Source of the DNA: Lepidodermella squamata | Taxonomy: Eukaryota > Animalia > Gastrotricha | Direction: 5' to 3' | DNA: 64,000 nt | NCBI GenBank assembly: GCA_047495785.1 | Contig: JBLDXI010000034.1 | Coordinates: 868,001 to 932,000 of the forward strand | Shown: positions 1 through 11,896 of the stretch, piece after piece | Layout: each line of letters begins with the position of its first letter | How positions within the stretch are numbered: position 1 is the first letter of the stretch | Made by a program: the position numbers and the translations under genes | Notes under the pieces: model-generated | Database searches by the model: none | What the model was told of the DNA's origin: nothing | What the model saw: only the letters and a program-made list of their open reading frames with translations

Positions 1-1110
1 CGTTAAATTGGCTAGCTAGTGCCTCTACCACCTCGGCGTGGCCACTCTCGGCAGCGATGTACAGTGGTGTCGCGCCACATTTATCCGCCGATTCCACGTT
101 CGCCTTGAACTCGCCAGCCAACATCCTCACCATTTCGAGGTGGCCATTCTGAGCTGCGACGTGGAGTGGCGTAACACCATCACTGGCAGCAGAATTAACA
201 TCGGCTTTGAACTCGCTAGCCAACATCCTCACCACCTCGGTGTGGCCATTCTGGGCGGCGACGTTGAGTGGCGTACAGCCATCTTTTTCCGCAATATTAA
301 CATCGGCTTTGAACTCGCCAGCCAACATCCTCATCAACTCGACGTGGCCATGCTGAGCTGCGACACACAGTGGCGTAACGCCATTATCGGCGGCAGAATT
401 AACATCGGCCTTGACCTCGCTATCCAATATTCTCACCACCTCGGTGTGGCCATTCTGGGCGGCGACGTGGAGTGGCGTACAGCCATTATTGGTGGCAGAA
501 TTAACATTGGCCTTGAACTCGCTAGCAAAAATCCTCACCACCTCGGAGTGGCCATTTTGGGCGGCAACGTACAGTGGCGTACAGCCACCTTTTTCCGCAA
601 TATTAACATCGGCTTTGAACTCGCCAGCCAACATCCTCACCATTTCGAGGTGGCCATTCTGAGCTGCGACGTGGAGTGGCGTAACACCATCACTGGCGGC
701 AGAATTAACATCGGCTTTGAACTCGCTAGCCAACATTCTCACTACCTCGGTGTGGCCATTCTGAGCGGCGACGTACAGTGGCGTACAGCCATTATCGGCG
801 GCAGAATTAACATCGGCTTTGAACTCGCTAGCCAACATTCTCACTACCTCGGTGTGGCCATTCTGAGCGGCGACGTACAGTGGCGTACAGCCATTATCGG
901 CGGCAGAATTAACATCGGCTATGAACTCGCTAGTCAACATCCTCACCATCCCAACATCGCGACTGAAGGCGGCGATCAACAGTGGCGTTGTTCCATTTGC
1001 ATTACAAACTTCAACGTCTGCCTCAAATTGCCTGGCCAGTGTTTCCACAACATCGATGTAGCCTTCCCTAGCAGCAAGCAACAGCAGAGAAAACCCTTCT
1101 TCGTCGTTGC
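1..1110 (-). repeat. About 11 tandem 102-bp (34-aa) ankyrin repeat units
   Basis: TPLHVAAQNGH..VVRML consensus recurs every 102 bp. Units at ~697-798 and ~799-900 are identical, and ~107-187 matches ~617-697. Confidence 0.9.
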
Positions 1111-2560
1111 AGTCAGGGCTAAGACCGAGATCCCTGTTCGACATTAGCTGCGCCAATTTCAACTCGTTTTTTCTCCGGCATACGCAGTCAACTAGCTACT
1201 GGCAATTTAAATAACTAACAACTGAATCAGGTTTAAAAATAGTATGGAGCTACCTTAATAGCCTCTTTGTTGGGTTCGTCAACTGTTTGGTCAGGCTGTA
1301 GAATAAAAGGTACGATGCATCACGTTTAAAGCAACAATTCAGACGACATGGAAAATCAATCAAACCTTTGAATACAGCATGGGTGCTGATTTCAGCAGGA
1401 AACTAATGGCTTGAAGCTGACTTGAGGTCGGCCGATCATCAGGATTCACGGCTAGCATTGACATAACAAAATCGCGGAACTCATCGGAATAGCCGCGGGA
1501 CTCGTCAAATGGTTTCAGGTTATTACTAAAGTATTATTGAGTTTAGCTTGATTAAACTTGAAATTTTACCTCGAAATATCCACCATCGTGATGAACTATA
1601 TAATTATTAAAACTTAGTGAGTAATCGCTCGAGACCATTCTCATACGGGTTCTTTGAAGTTGGCTAATTTGAAGAGCGCGAATCCAAACGACCAAACATC
1701 ACTTGCAGCTGATTTTGGTTTACGCTTTGATACCTCAAGACTTATAACCTCAGGAGGGGAAGCAGACCACTTAGTTAGAGCAGACATCGGCGAACCGCTG
1801 TAATTATAGAATAGCAAACGTAATACCGCTCCTTTTTAATCCTACGTGTCTGATTTCTCGATGATTCCCAAGTCAGCTAGTTTCGCTGTGCCGCGGTCTT
1901 CCGTTAGTAGTATATTGCTTGTCGTTATATTACGATGAACGATACTCCGGCCGTGAAGATAAACCAAAGCGGATACGAGCTGACGCGACCATATTTGAAG
2001 CATAATTTCCGGGATGGGTCTAGTCTCTGTCTTTCGAAACTTCCACCCTCGCATACCTCCATCACCAAGTACCTCCTGCAAGAACCTTGGTAATCCTCTA
2101 TATTCAGACAACTATATATATGTTGGATCCAGCAATTGGCTGCTCACCTTCGAAAACGCCGAGAACCTTGATTATGTTTGCATGGCTGATATTGACCATT
2201 AGCGAATCCTGCGATTTGAAAATTTGCTAGCTACATAAATTCTGAGAGTTAGCAGGCCAATCCCCCCAGGGTAATCCCACCTTTTCCTTGAAGTAACCTA
2301 CCTTTTTAACTCATTTTACCTCATTATAATTTTTTTGGATCGGCATTAAAAACTCTTTTGAAGCTCACTCTTTCACGGAGAAGTTCACCAATTCCAGTGA
2401 AGACTTTTTCAAGGTTTGTCAAGTTTGTTTCTTTCATAACCACGCGTTCTGTAGGGCTACCGTTACGTTCGCACAACATAGATGTTCGTAAGGTGGCACG
2501 ACGCCAGGGGTCACCAATAACAGTGAACTGCGACATTGATCGATACGTTCTTGAATCCAT
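1..2560 (-). CDS. Multi-exon pseudokinase (NEK/STE-like fold) + ankyrin-repeat protein; 3' end runs off the window; apparent frameshift in the kinase domain
   Basis: ATG at 2560 (MDSRTYRSMSQF...VVMKETNL), followed by HANIIKV, YLVMEVCEGG, LVYLHGRSIVHRNITTSNILL..AKLADLG, SDVWSFG and later exons. The last exon, from ~1195 to base 1, is open and reads LVDCVC...GCTPLYVAAQNGHTEVVRMLASEFKADVN repeats. Relative to the paralogue at ~25860 there is a 10-nt deletion near 2031. Confidence 0.8.
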
Positions 2561-3557
2561 ATTCAATCCGAGGCTGAATTTGATGGCTGAGAAGAAAATA
2601 AGCCTTACCAAATAGGAAACAGGATAAAAGCTTGAAATATGCGACGGTATGAACAAGCAATTTGTCTCCAGTTGCGGCGATATAAAGCTCGTCTTATCAT
2701 ATATACCACATATACCAGCCAAAATTCGCTAGTATCTGAAAGTGATATGCTGTTATCTTTGTGTAAGGTGTGCCGGTAGAGCATTGGTCTTGGTCATAGG
2801 TCACATTTTATCTATTAAGCGACTTGTTAAAGTTTAATCATCTGGCACTTCTAGAGAAAAAAAGCGAAACATTGGGTTTGAGTGGGAGATGAATAATTCT
2901 TTTAAAAATAAAGATATAAGTTCTTGTTTAATCGCATCACAGTCGATGAAATAAATCCAAACATACTCCATCAACTTTTTCACGCTTACTTCCCGATTGA
3001 AATTAGCTGTGCTTCAAAATAATAAGTGCCTCTGACGTATCGAGCTACCGTGTCGTTTGGGCTGAAGGGTGCACTTGGGGCGATTTGGCCGAAAATTGAT
3101 GTATTATTGTCTATGGCCCCCATAATTGAATTTTCTATGGGGCAATTTGGGCGCAATTACCTGGCCATTCCTGTGCATCGAGGTTTTTTCCGTCAAATCA
3201 CCAAAGAAAATGGCCGAAGGAAAAAATATCATCTGAACTCGAAGCCCTTCGATTGGTTTCAGAAAATTCAATTCATATAGGTCGTTTTTACCGGCCTGAA
3301 GTCAACTGTAAATACTGGCTTGCCGTGACCTCATTTTGAGACACAACTAGCTGAACAGGACGCACATATCCCCCTTGCCGACGGACAGACGGAACACGAC
3401 CCACTACAACGGGTGTTCCCCGTTATTGCATTGTTTTCTTATTATTTTTGAGGACGCAAAGGTTGCGAACGATTTCGCAGGAAGCCAAGTCGAGCTGCAA
3501 TCGCGCTTCCCCAGAGGCCGCCTGGTGAAACCTGGCCCCCACATCCCGCAATCCTCG

Positions 3558-4110
3558 CAACGGGCAGCCAACCAATGTTACGACTGTTTTTCTGATAGAT
3601 CGCCTCGCAGGGATGGACGATGCCGAAGAGAGTTTGTCAGTAGTTGGTCTTTATTTACAGAATTGGATTGTGAATACCTGCAAACTACAGCAGAAACACA
3701 TTTTCTCAGTAAGGAAGAAGGACCAATTGTATGCGGTTGATAAATCAATTGTTTGGTCGCCTGAATTTCTATTCGAATCCAGCTCACATGATATATACAT
3801 GAAAAGTGATGAGTTTGACGAGGACATGGTTGCTCTACTGAAGAGAAATGGTTACAACGGCTTGAAAAGCGAGTTTTTCATGGTAAAACAAGGCTTCTTT
3901 TCAACCGAATGCCCTCTTGACCTCTCTAGATTTCCATTTGACTCTCAGGCTTGTGATTTCACGTTTTTCCAGCAACAATCCGGGGACCTTGTGAATTACG
4001 GAGATGTTTTGTTTGTTTGCCCCGAACAGGGCTGCACGGAGTGGGAATTCTCGGAATGTCAAACTACAGCATCAATCGTTCGTAAATCAGGTCATGATGT
4101 TCTATCATAA
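3558..4110 (+). pseudogene. Truncated pLGIC (subfamily A) extracellular-domain fragment
   Basis: NGQPTNVTTVFLIDRL...CPLDLSRFPFDSQAC is highly similar to 7236-7785. There is no signal exon, a stop precedes M1, and the fragment is followed directly by sequence resembling the 3' UTR of the 4599-8207 gene. Confidence 0.85.
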
Positions 4111-4598
4111 ATCTATCTATCACCAATTCTATCATTCTATCATCTTCCTATTTACCTCCAAATGTAATTAGAACCTCATCGTCATTATCCTAGCTCAAAG
4201 AATAGTGTTAAGAATAAAATGTAAGCGTAATTACTGGGTCTATGATAGCACTTGGTCCTGATTCAAAGTACCAACCACCAACCTAAAATTGTAAATTGTA
4301 AAGCCATGTCTTTCACTTCGAGAACGAATGGGGGCGTCTTTATGGAGGCCGTTTCACATTCGATTGCATCGATTATTTGACGGCAGGAACCAAGTTATGA
4401 AACTGCTCACGTCAATTCGCAGAAACACATTTTCATCGACAGCTAGACTTATTATTGACAGACTGCAGGCTCGTGGATCTCTATGATCCGTTTTTTTGGA
4501 CTCTCTTCAATTCAAATATACGTTACGGATATTAAAACGGTCCGGGAGCCGATATAAAGTAAGCTCTGAAGTCATCCCCGTGCCATTTGTACATCGCG

Positions 4599-7500
4599 AT
4601 GCTGCATTTTCACCTGATATTACTAGCCCTGTGCTACGGACGCGAAGCCTATACTGGTTGGTTATTTCATATCCCACTTCGAGAATAATATGTAAATCTC
4701 TTTGCTTGCACTTTAAGTTCAATCTCCAATTGTTTCAGTCCCCGGCTACTCAGCAACTTATATCGAGGAGTTATCTCTGATAGGTACAATTTCTGAACAG
4801 CTATGTAATGTTTCTGCAAATTGCTTCGACGTTGGGGCGATTTCGTCTTTCGATACAGACGGAGGCTTCATATTCAAGAAGGTAGCTAGTTTTCCCTTTA
4901 TTGGCAATTGCTGACTCATTTTTATGATAGAGCGTCAACTCATCTCTCTTAGAAAATTTCCACATCGAAGTTAACCTTCTCTTTGGCGCGGAAACTTTCG
5001 AACTACCTCACACATTTGCGGTTTCTTTGGTCCCATCTGAAGTATTCTCTGTGGACTGCCCAGAAACAAGTGAATGGCATGCTTGTTTGCGAGTTGGCGC
5101 TCTCCGAGGAGCGGCTTTCTTCATGAAACCAGGTCCAAGAATCGCCTATTTATACGGCGATGTTACGGATCATAGTAGTGATGTTAAAGCCCGCACCCAG
5201 CTGGAGTCGGATAGCCGCGGTTGTTCATTTCCAAGCGACGACTATGATAATTCTGATCTTTATCCAGCAGTTCCCAATTACTTCTGGATTAACATCAACA
5301 AGCTGGGCAACAATTTCTCCGTTTCTTACATGCCAGCATCAGATATGAACGCTGTGACCTACTGTTCATCGATGCAGGCCAGCCTGGCTTTCCCAACTGC
5401 TGAAGAATTGTTCTTAGCCTTCTCGACTACCAAACTCCTTCCGATAATGTTTGCGCAGGTGGGCTTCTACAAGTTGGAATTGGAAACTACGTCAAGTAAG
5501 CCAACTCAATGCATCAACACAAATTTCGCTTAATTTCCGTTTTGGAAGCTTCCACATCAACACCGGTGCAAACAACCACAGGTTTGGATCACCACGCATC
5601 ATCATTGCAAACAAAATGTTAAATTTTCAACAGTCGATTTCGCGGCGAAGAGCTGCGCAGTTGGAGACCAGCCTATAGGTTAGCTTCAACTCGGTAATAA
5701 TTTTCAAATCGATACACTGCAAATTTGATCCAGGCCCGAGTAGATCTTTTCAAATCGATCGCAGCAGCTACTATTGCAACATTGACTTCGGCTATCCGTA
5801 TCCGCAATATTTCTTCGCTGGGAATCCTTATTTGAACAACGGAGTAAACACAATGGGCTACAACGAGGACAACGCTTTATACTCGAGAACGGTATGCTTC
5901 ATAAAATCATTTCAACGCCACTCAATAATGAATAGCGTGTAAATGTAAGCACGATTTAGCTCAATGTGCGAAGTACAGGGGGTACTGGGGTATCAGCACG
6001 AGAGGTTCAGGCGAGAAATCCCGAAAAAAACCGCAGGGGATCCTCTGATCCAAAGATTTATGGCTACAAATCCCGTTTAGTAGCTTCAGGATCTTACTTC
6101 TTACACTGATGCAGCTTTCAACGCATGAAAAGGTTCTGAAGCTATACAAGACTGAAGAGTGAAACCTGAAACCAGCATTAAAACTATTCGCTGTTCTCAT
6201 TTAACAGGATTTGAGGATTGGCGAGAAAGGATTCATCGTTGATGTATCGCTGCGTGTCCTCGCCAATGCAAATCGCAATGCATTCGGTTTCTTCTTAGCA
6301 CCATCCGACACATTGACAACAAGTACTTGCACAATGGATTGCCCAACGCACTGCATGTGCCTGACCACATTGAATATGCTTGGTCTTGCTGTGGTCGTAC
6401 AGGTATCGTCAGGCCGGATCGTCGCTTTCGCAACACAAGCAACTAGGAGGCAAAGTTTCGATCCCGTGAATTACGTGCCAACAAACCCGTCCGAGAAATG
6501 CACCCAGAGTTTTTCCGCTTCTGATTTAGAAATACGCTTGGTGATCGAGCGAGTCGGGGATACAGCGTATCTCTCGTATTCGACCTCTACTGATCCGAAC
6601 CAGCTGACGCCTTGCCTCAGTATAACCGGCTTCTCGGAATTTCTAACTAGTACAATCATATCTGAGCGGAAGGTTATAATTGGAACACTGAAAAACACCC
6701 CCGTGGTTGTTCGAAGCATCAAATTCTACGTCGGCAGTGACGCTACAACATCGACATCAACCACAGCAACATCCACCCTGTGTAAGAGAAAAATTTGATT
6801 TAAGACATGTTATTTTGTGAATCTTTGTTAGCCGACTATGACGATGGATCAACAACAACACCTATTGGGTTACAGACTTCATCTATCAGCGATGTTTCCT
6901 CTGCTAAAGCGAGATCAACAACTACACCCAATGCGAATTCAGTATCAACAAATTGGGATTTTTTATCGACCTTCAGCGTCCGAACAGAGTCATCCTCAGT
7001 CAGAGCCCAACCTGATCCAGCTAATTCAGTATTAGCAAATTTTGAGGACGATGACCAACATATGAGGAATGTGATTTCGTCTATGGTTTCATCGAAAGGA
7101 TTGGCCGAGAATCCTAAAGAGGTATTCCGAAGACTGTATCCTGATTTCCCGCCTGATACTTCAAACGCAACGATCACTGCTTTGGAACTACTTCAGTATT
7201 GCGACGATTTCTCTGTTAATAGAACCGCTCCGCCGAACGGGCAATCAACAAATGTTACGACTGTTTTCCTTGTAGATCGTCTTGTAGGGATGAATGATGC
7301 TGAGGAGAGTTTGGCTGTAGTTGGTCTTTATCTACAAAAGTGGAACGTCTCGACATGCCATCTTCAGTCGAAACACATCTTCACAGTAAGGCAGAAGGAT
7401 CGACTGTTTGCAGTTGATAAATCGATTGTTTGGTGGCCTGATTTCCTATTCGAATCTAGTTCTGACGATATCTACATGCAGAGTGATAATTTCGACGAAG

Positions 7501-8207
7501 ACATGGTAGCTTTACTGAGGAGATTTGGTTACAGCGGGTTGAATATCGAGTTTTTCATGGCGAAACAAGGTTTCTTTTCGACGGAATGCAAGTTAGATAT
7601 CTCGCGATTCCCATTCGATTCTCAAACGTGTCATTTCACTTTTTCGCAACAACAATCGATGGATTTGATAAATTTCGGAGATATATTCGTTGTTTGCCCT
7701 GAGCAGGACTTTACTGAGTGGAAATTCACGGAATGCGTTACTTCGACATCTACAATTCGTCATTCGGGTCGGAATGTTCTATCAGTGAACTTCCAGACTA
7801 AAATCAGCCGGAAGTCTGCGTATTATGTTGCGAACTCTATCGCACCAAGTCTTTTGCTAGCGATACTTGAACTTGCGACTTTTGTCATGCCTTCGAATGA
7901 GCCGGATCGACCCATGTTTGCTGTAACGTTGTTGCTTGCTCTGACAGTCGCGATGTCAAATGTGCTGAGCGAAGTTCCTCGAACTTCTCAGCGAATTTTC
8001 TTGAGCGATTACACACTGGCTCTCACCATGATTTCGGCCGTCATTACGCTATACCATCTTTTCGCTTGCTTTCTATCCAACAAAGGAAGTAAGAAGGAAC
8101 AGGAATCAAGTGGTCTCATGATGAAATTTGATCTGGTCGCATTCTCGCTGTCAGCAGCAGCGTTTGTTGGACTTCAAGGCTTTGCAGCTAAAACTGTCAT
8201 GGGTTAG
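4599..8207 (+). CDS. Cys-loop pLGIC subunit (subfamily A) with signal peptide, two N-terminal lectin-like beta-sandwich domains and a Thr/Ser-rich stalk
   Basis: Phase-consistent GT-AG exons: 4599-4656 (MLHFHLILLALCYGREAYT), 4739-4881, 4931-5495, ~5549-5581, ~5634-5678, ~5733-5891, 6208-6781, 6832-8207. The last exon has the Cys-loop CKLDISRFPFDSQTC, M1 YYVANSIAPS, M2 DRPMFAVTLLLALT, the VPRTS loop, M3 and M4. Confidence 0.8.
5962..6108. mobile_element. 147-bp hAT-like MITE (intronic)
   Basis: Imperfect TIRs CAATGTGCGAAGTA ... TACTTCTTACACTG. Flanks ATTTAGCT/ATGCAGCT match at 6 of 8 positions (degenerate TSD). Same length and TIR type as 8501-8647. Confidence 0.6.
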
Positions 8208-8500
8208 ATTGGTTTAACATTTTGATCGTCTTCATTTTCTCACTTGTGACTGTCATAATCGTTGCTGAAACAATAGTTAACTATATAGGCCCGCTATCGA
8301 TATCGGCTTCTTGCTATTTACCTCCTAGAACCTCATTGTCATTATCCTAGCTCATTACCCACTAACAAAACCAGTGCCAGTTGCATTTTTGTTTCTAAGA
8401 ATAAAATGTAAGCTTAATTCCTTAGTCTAAAACTGCCATGGGTTAGATTGTGGTTTAATATTCTTATCGCTAATATATTCTTCTAACCATCTCTCTCACT

Positions 8501-8647
8501 CAGAGAGCGAAGTACCGCTAGGGATGGTAGGGATCATCCCTATCAGTTCCATCGGTCCTTACGGTGAGCCCATTCAAGGACCAAATTGGGACCCTTACGT
8601 CGATTTTTCTAATCCCTACGAGTTCCGCAGTCCTACTTCGCTCTATG
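8501..8647. mobile_element. 147-bp hAT-like MITE
   Basis: TIRs CAGAGAGCGAAGTA ... TACTTCGCTCTATG; 8-bp TSD CTCTCACT/CTCTTACT. Confidence 0.7.
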
Positions 8648-9196
8648 CTCTTACTATGCTTTACTGTTGGTTGCCTGAATCGTTACTAAAAAAATGGTTG
8701 GGCTGAATTAGTTTCACTATCAATGTCGGCTTCTTCTAATTGACATTTCTAATTTATAAAAATCTACTCGGGACATCTTTACCATTGCGTTAGCTTAATA
8801 ACCGCTATCGAAAAACTACTGCCAAATGTCTTATAGATTTTTGTTTTGAAAATAAAATTAGAGCGTAATCACTGGGTCTACGAAAACACCTGAACCTGAT
8901 TCGGGATGCACCGCACTACAACCAGTATGAGTTCTGAAACCTTGTTCATTCTTGTTGTTGTTCTACTTCATATGTTTGCGTTCGATGTTTCCCATTTTTA
9001 AAATAGAATTTTCTTCTAGGGCAATCGTGTAATTGTTCAAAAATTCGTTTCGGAAAATATGGTGTGGAATTGGCTTTGAAGTGTATTTAGCTCTTAATCA
9101 AACTAACATGTTTCGTTGTCAAACATATGGCAAATAAAATAAATTATATCCTTCTTCTCCATATTGCTATGCGGACGGTCTCATAACATCATAAGC

Positions 9197-9681
9197 TAAT
9201 GGTTTATCTTGCCTTCTGCCTTCGTAATTTTTGGACGGTTAGATCATTGTGTGACCACTTAAAAGTCCAATCCTATGCGCACGCTGATTGGTCGATCGAT
9301 CGTTGCTATGACTCCCGGATGAAACATGTTGGTCGTGCGATCCATAAGATTTTTTGCAACAAGTGTTTTTTGCCGCAGCAATTTACCACCATTAATATGG
9401 AGTTTACGCTCGTGGTCAATGGAAACGTGCAGAGGGTGTGGCAAGGTCATTTTTTGCATAAATATAAAATAATTTATTAGTGGATCGCACGACGGAAATG
9501 TTTCATTCCGGAGTCATTAGCAACGATAAATTGACCAATCAGCGTGCGCGCCAAAGTTCAACTTACTAGTGGTTCCATAATGATGCACAGTGGAGTAAAT
9601 TGATCCCAAAAGCTCGCAAAATAGGTGAGTGAGCCAGACATTTTGGTTTGGGTGGATCAAGTTTGGCTAGATAAACCCTTG
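9197..9681. mobile_element. Degenerate non-autonomous hAT-like element
   Basis: The right end GGCTAGATAAACCCTTG is identical to that of the element at 50208-50369. The left end TAATGGTTTATCTTGCC is a degenerate inverse. Internal inverted repeat GCGCACGCTGATTGGTC (~9277) / GACCAATCAGCGTGCGC (~9533). Confidence 0.5.
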
Positions 9682-9922
9682 ATATGAGCTTTTATTGCCG
9701 CATGCTGTAAAAAATGTAAGATGAGTAGCATAGAATTATTTTAATCAAACATGTTATCTGCCGGTCACAGTTTTGCATGAAGATAAAAAAATTGATTGAT
9801 GATGATTACGCCAATTCCAAATTATTCATTTTCAAGTTATACATGTCAGCCACTGATAAACGCTGCCATATAAACGCCCGTTCAATCAATCATGAGATTC
9901 AACACTTGTACCTCCGGATCAA

Positions 9923-11137
9923 ATGCTGTCTACACTATCGGCTAGTGCCGAAAAAACTGCCCCAGTCGACCATCTGTTTTGGCGGGAGACGTTACGCCAA
10001 ATCAAGAAAAGTATCCTAAACCGACCCGATGGCCTTGCGGATGCTAAAAATTGGTGGCAGCAGACAGAAAATTATATCAACCAAGAGGCCATCAGAAAGG
10101 CAGAAGACGCAGCATTGACACAATCCGTTACGGCTACGGCAATGTCCAGCCAAAAGGCCACTATGTCAACTCAGAAAAGCGGCCCAATTGCCTCAATGCC
10201 AAGCAGCAGTAGCCCACTTACAACAATTGCTTCTTCGTTTGGATGGGGAGCGCTGGCTTCTATCGTTATCTATCTGTTCAACCCAAATACGGTGTCAACA
10301 TTTCTAACCCAGTGGCGTGAACAGGGCTTAGGGTTTGCTTTCACCAACACCTTTAAACACCTCGCTCTGCTATCGGTAGTTGTTGGAGCTTTCAACGTAG
10401 GTGTAACGTACATCATCGATGCAGTTCACGCTGCCATTGTGAGCATGGGCAATGTGCTCCCTACAGCAGCAAGCAACGCCATAGGCGCTGGTATTGGAAT
10501 GGGCTGCGGGGCTGTGCTCATGTTCGTCTATCGATTAGGGTGGTATATTTACTATCGATTCAAGTCGCCTGAGATGGCGAAGCGCTATCTTGCTGAGATA
10601 ACTTCTGCTCGATCGATCATCGATGCCATAGTGGGGCTTGTCGTTTCGGCATTGGCTGGTGCCCTCCTTACAAATCCGTTGCTCGTTATCGTTGTTGTAG
10701 TTGTTACAATGTTGGTCTATCACCTTGTAAGCAACAGCATTGCCAACAGAGGACCACCAACGTTCTGGCAGATTTTGCGAGACCGCTGGAATGGCACCGA
10801 TTTGACCGAGTGGGTCGACGAGAGTGGCGAAGCGGTCGGCGCGGGCTGGAATCCGCTCTTCAACGGAGAAGCAGATTTTATGGACTTGCTTTGCCCGATT
10901 ACACACCAGCTGATGGTCAAACCCATGCTGCTAACGCAGTGCGGTCATGTGTTCGAGGAACGCGCGATTCTCGTTTGGATTGAGACTCATTCAAAGCAAC
11001 AGCAAGTTGCTATGTGCCCAATGTGTAATGCTCGTATTCCACCGACGCCGCGATATCGAACTCCGATGACGACATACAAGAAAATTATTGCCGAAATCGC
11101 CAGAGAGTACAAACTGAAGAGAGTGGCTATCGCTTGA
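9923..11137 (+). CDS. Intronless multi-TM protein with a C-terminal U-box/degenerate RING domain (putative E3 ligase)
   Basis: 404-aa ORF with several hydrophobic, Gly-rich segments and the motif LLCPITHQLMVKPMLLTQCGHVFEERAILVWI...CPMC. Confidence 0.8.
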   Translation: MLSTLSASAEKTAPVDHLFWRETLRQIKKSILNRPDGLADAKNWWQQTENYINQEAIRKAEDAALTQSVTATAMSSQKATMSTQKSGPIASMPSSSSPLTTIASSFGWGALASIVIYLFNPNTVSTFLTQWREQGLGFAFTNTFKHLALLSVVVGAFNVGVTYIIDAVHAAIVSMGNVLPTAASNAIGAGIGMGCGAVLMFVYRLGWYIYYRFKSPEMAKRYLAEITSARSIIDAIVGLVVSALAGALLTNPLLVIVVVVVTMLVYHLVSNSIANRGPPTFWQILRDRWNGTDLTEWVDESGEAVGAGWNPLFNGEADFMDLLCPITHQLMVKPMLLTQCGHVFEERAILVWIETHSKQQQVAMCPMCNARIPPTPRYRTPMTTYKKIIAEIAREYKLKRVAIA

Positions 11138-11896
11138 TACAAATTTTTGCTTTTTGATCAAATTTGATTTACTTCGCTGATTTACTCTCGATTTTAGTGC
11201 CCGAAGGAGAGCGTGAGAGCTCGCATCCTCTTGAATCACATAAAATCGTATTGACCAATCTTGATTTGAATATAATAAAATACAATAAGTTTCTTTCTCG
11301 GTTTTATTTTTTGTTATTGCTGAAAGCTGAAATTGCCAGAACCTACAAACTAAAGAATGTTGCCTCGATGTTCATCGATCAGTGCGCAAGATAGGATCCT
11401 CGAGCTAGGGGCGCTACTTTAAGGCCGTAGGTAAGGTTAAGAATTTTCGAACCAAAGGATTTTCACCTCTCGAGCTGGGAGCTCTCGTACACCTCTCGTA
11501 CCCCGTGGGCATGAGCCAGTTTAAGAATAACTTCATGGGGAAGACGTTAACTCGAAAACCATACTTCGAGAAAATACAGCCATGAAGCCTCAAATTCAGT
11601 GTGGAAACCTTATACCCATAAAGGGTTTGAACTTACACTTAAAACTGAGCTTTATCAAGCCAAATTGAGCGCAGCCATCTGATAATTTGCAGTATCAGTT
11701 GACGCTGCAGATACTGCCTCTTCGCCCACAACTATTGCCCCTTACTCTACTCACTTTCAATTAGGTAAATGTAGCCTTAGAACGTAAAAATAAATTGAAC
11801 GCCGTGAATTGAACACATACACACCCTAGCTCACTAATATTTAATCGCTTCAACTCATTATGCATAACTTACTGCAGTCATTTTTGACGATAGAAA

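Noticed and set aside
38-1147. 369-aa plus-strand ORF with periodic His-rich repeats
   Set aside because: It is the antisense shadow of the minus-strand ankyrin exon, which has the canonical TPLH motifs.
2990-3430. Possible Helitron/DINE-like non-autonomous fragment (ACGGACAGACGG motif); similar-looking DNA at 11400-11700 and 24770-25110
   Set aside because: No termini, TSD or second copy in the window to support boundaries.
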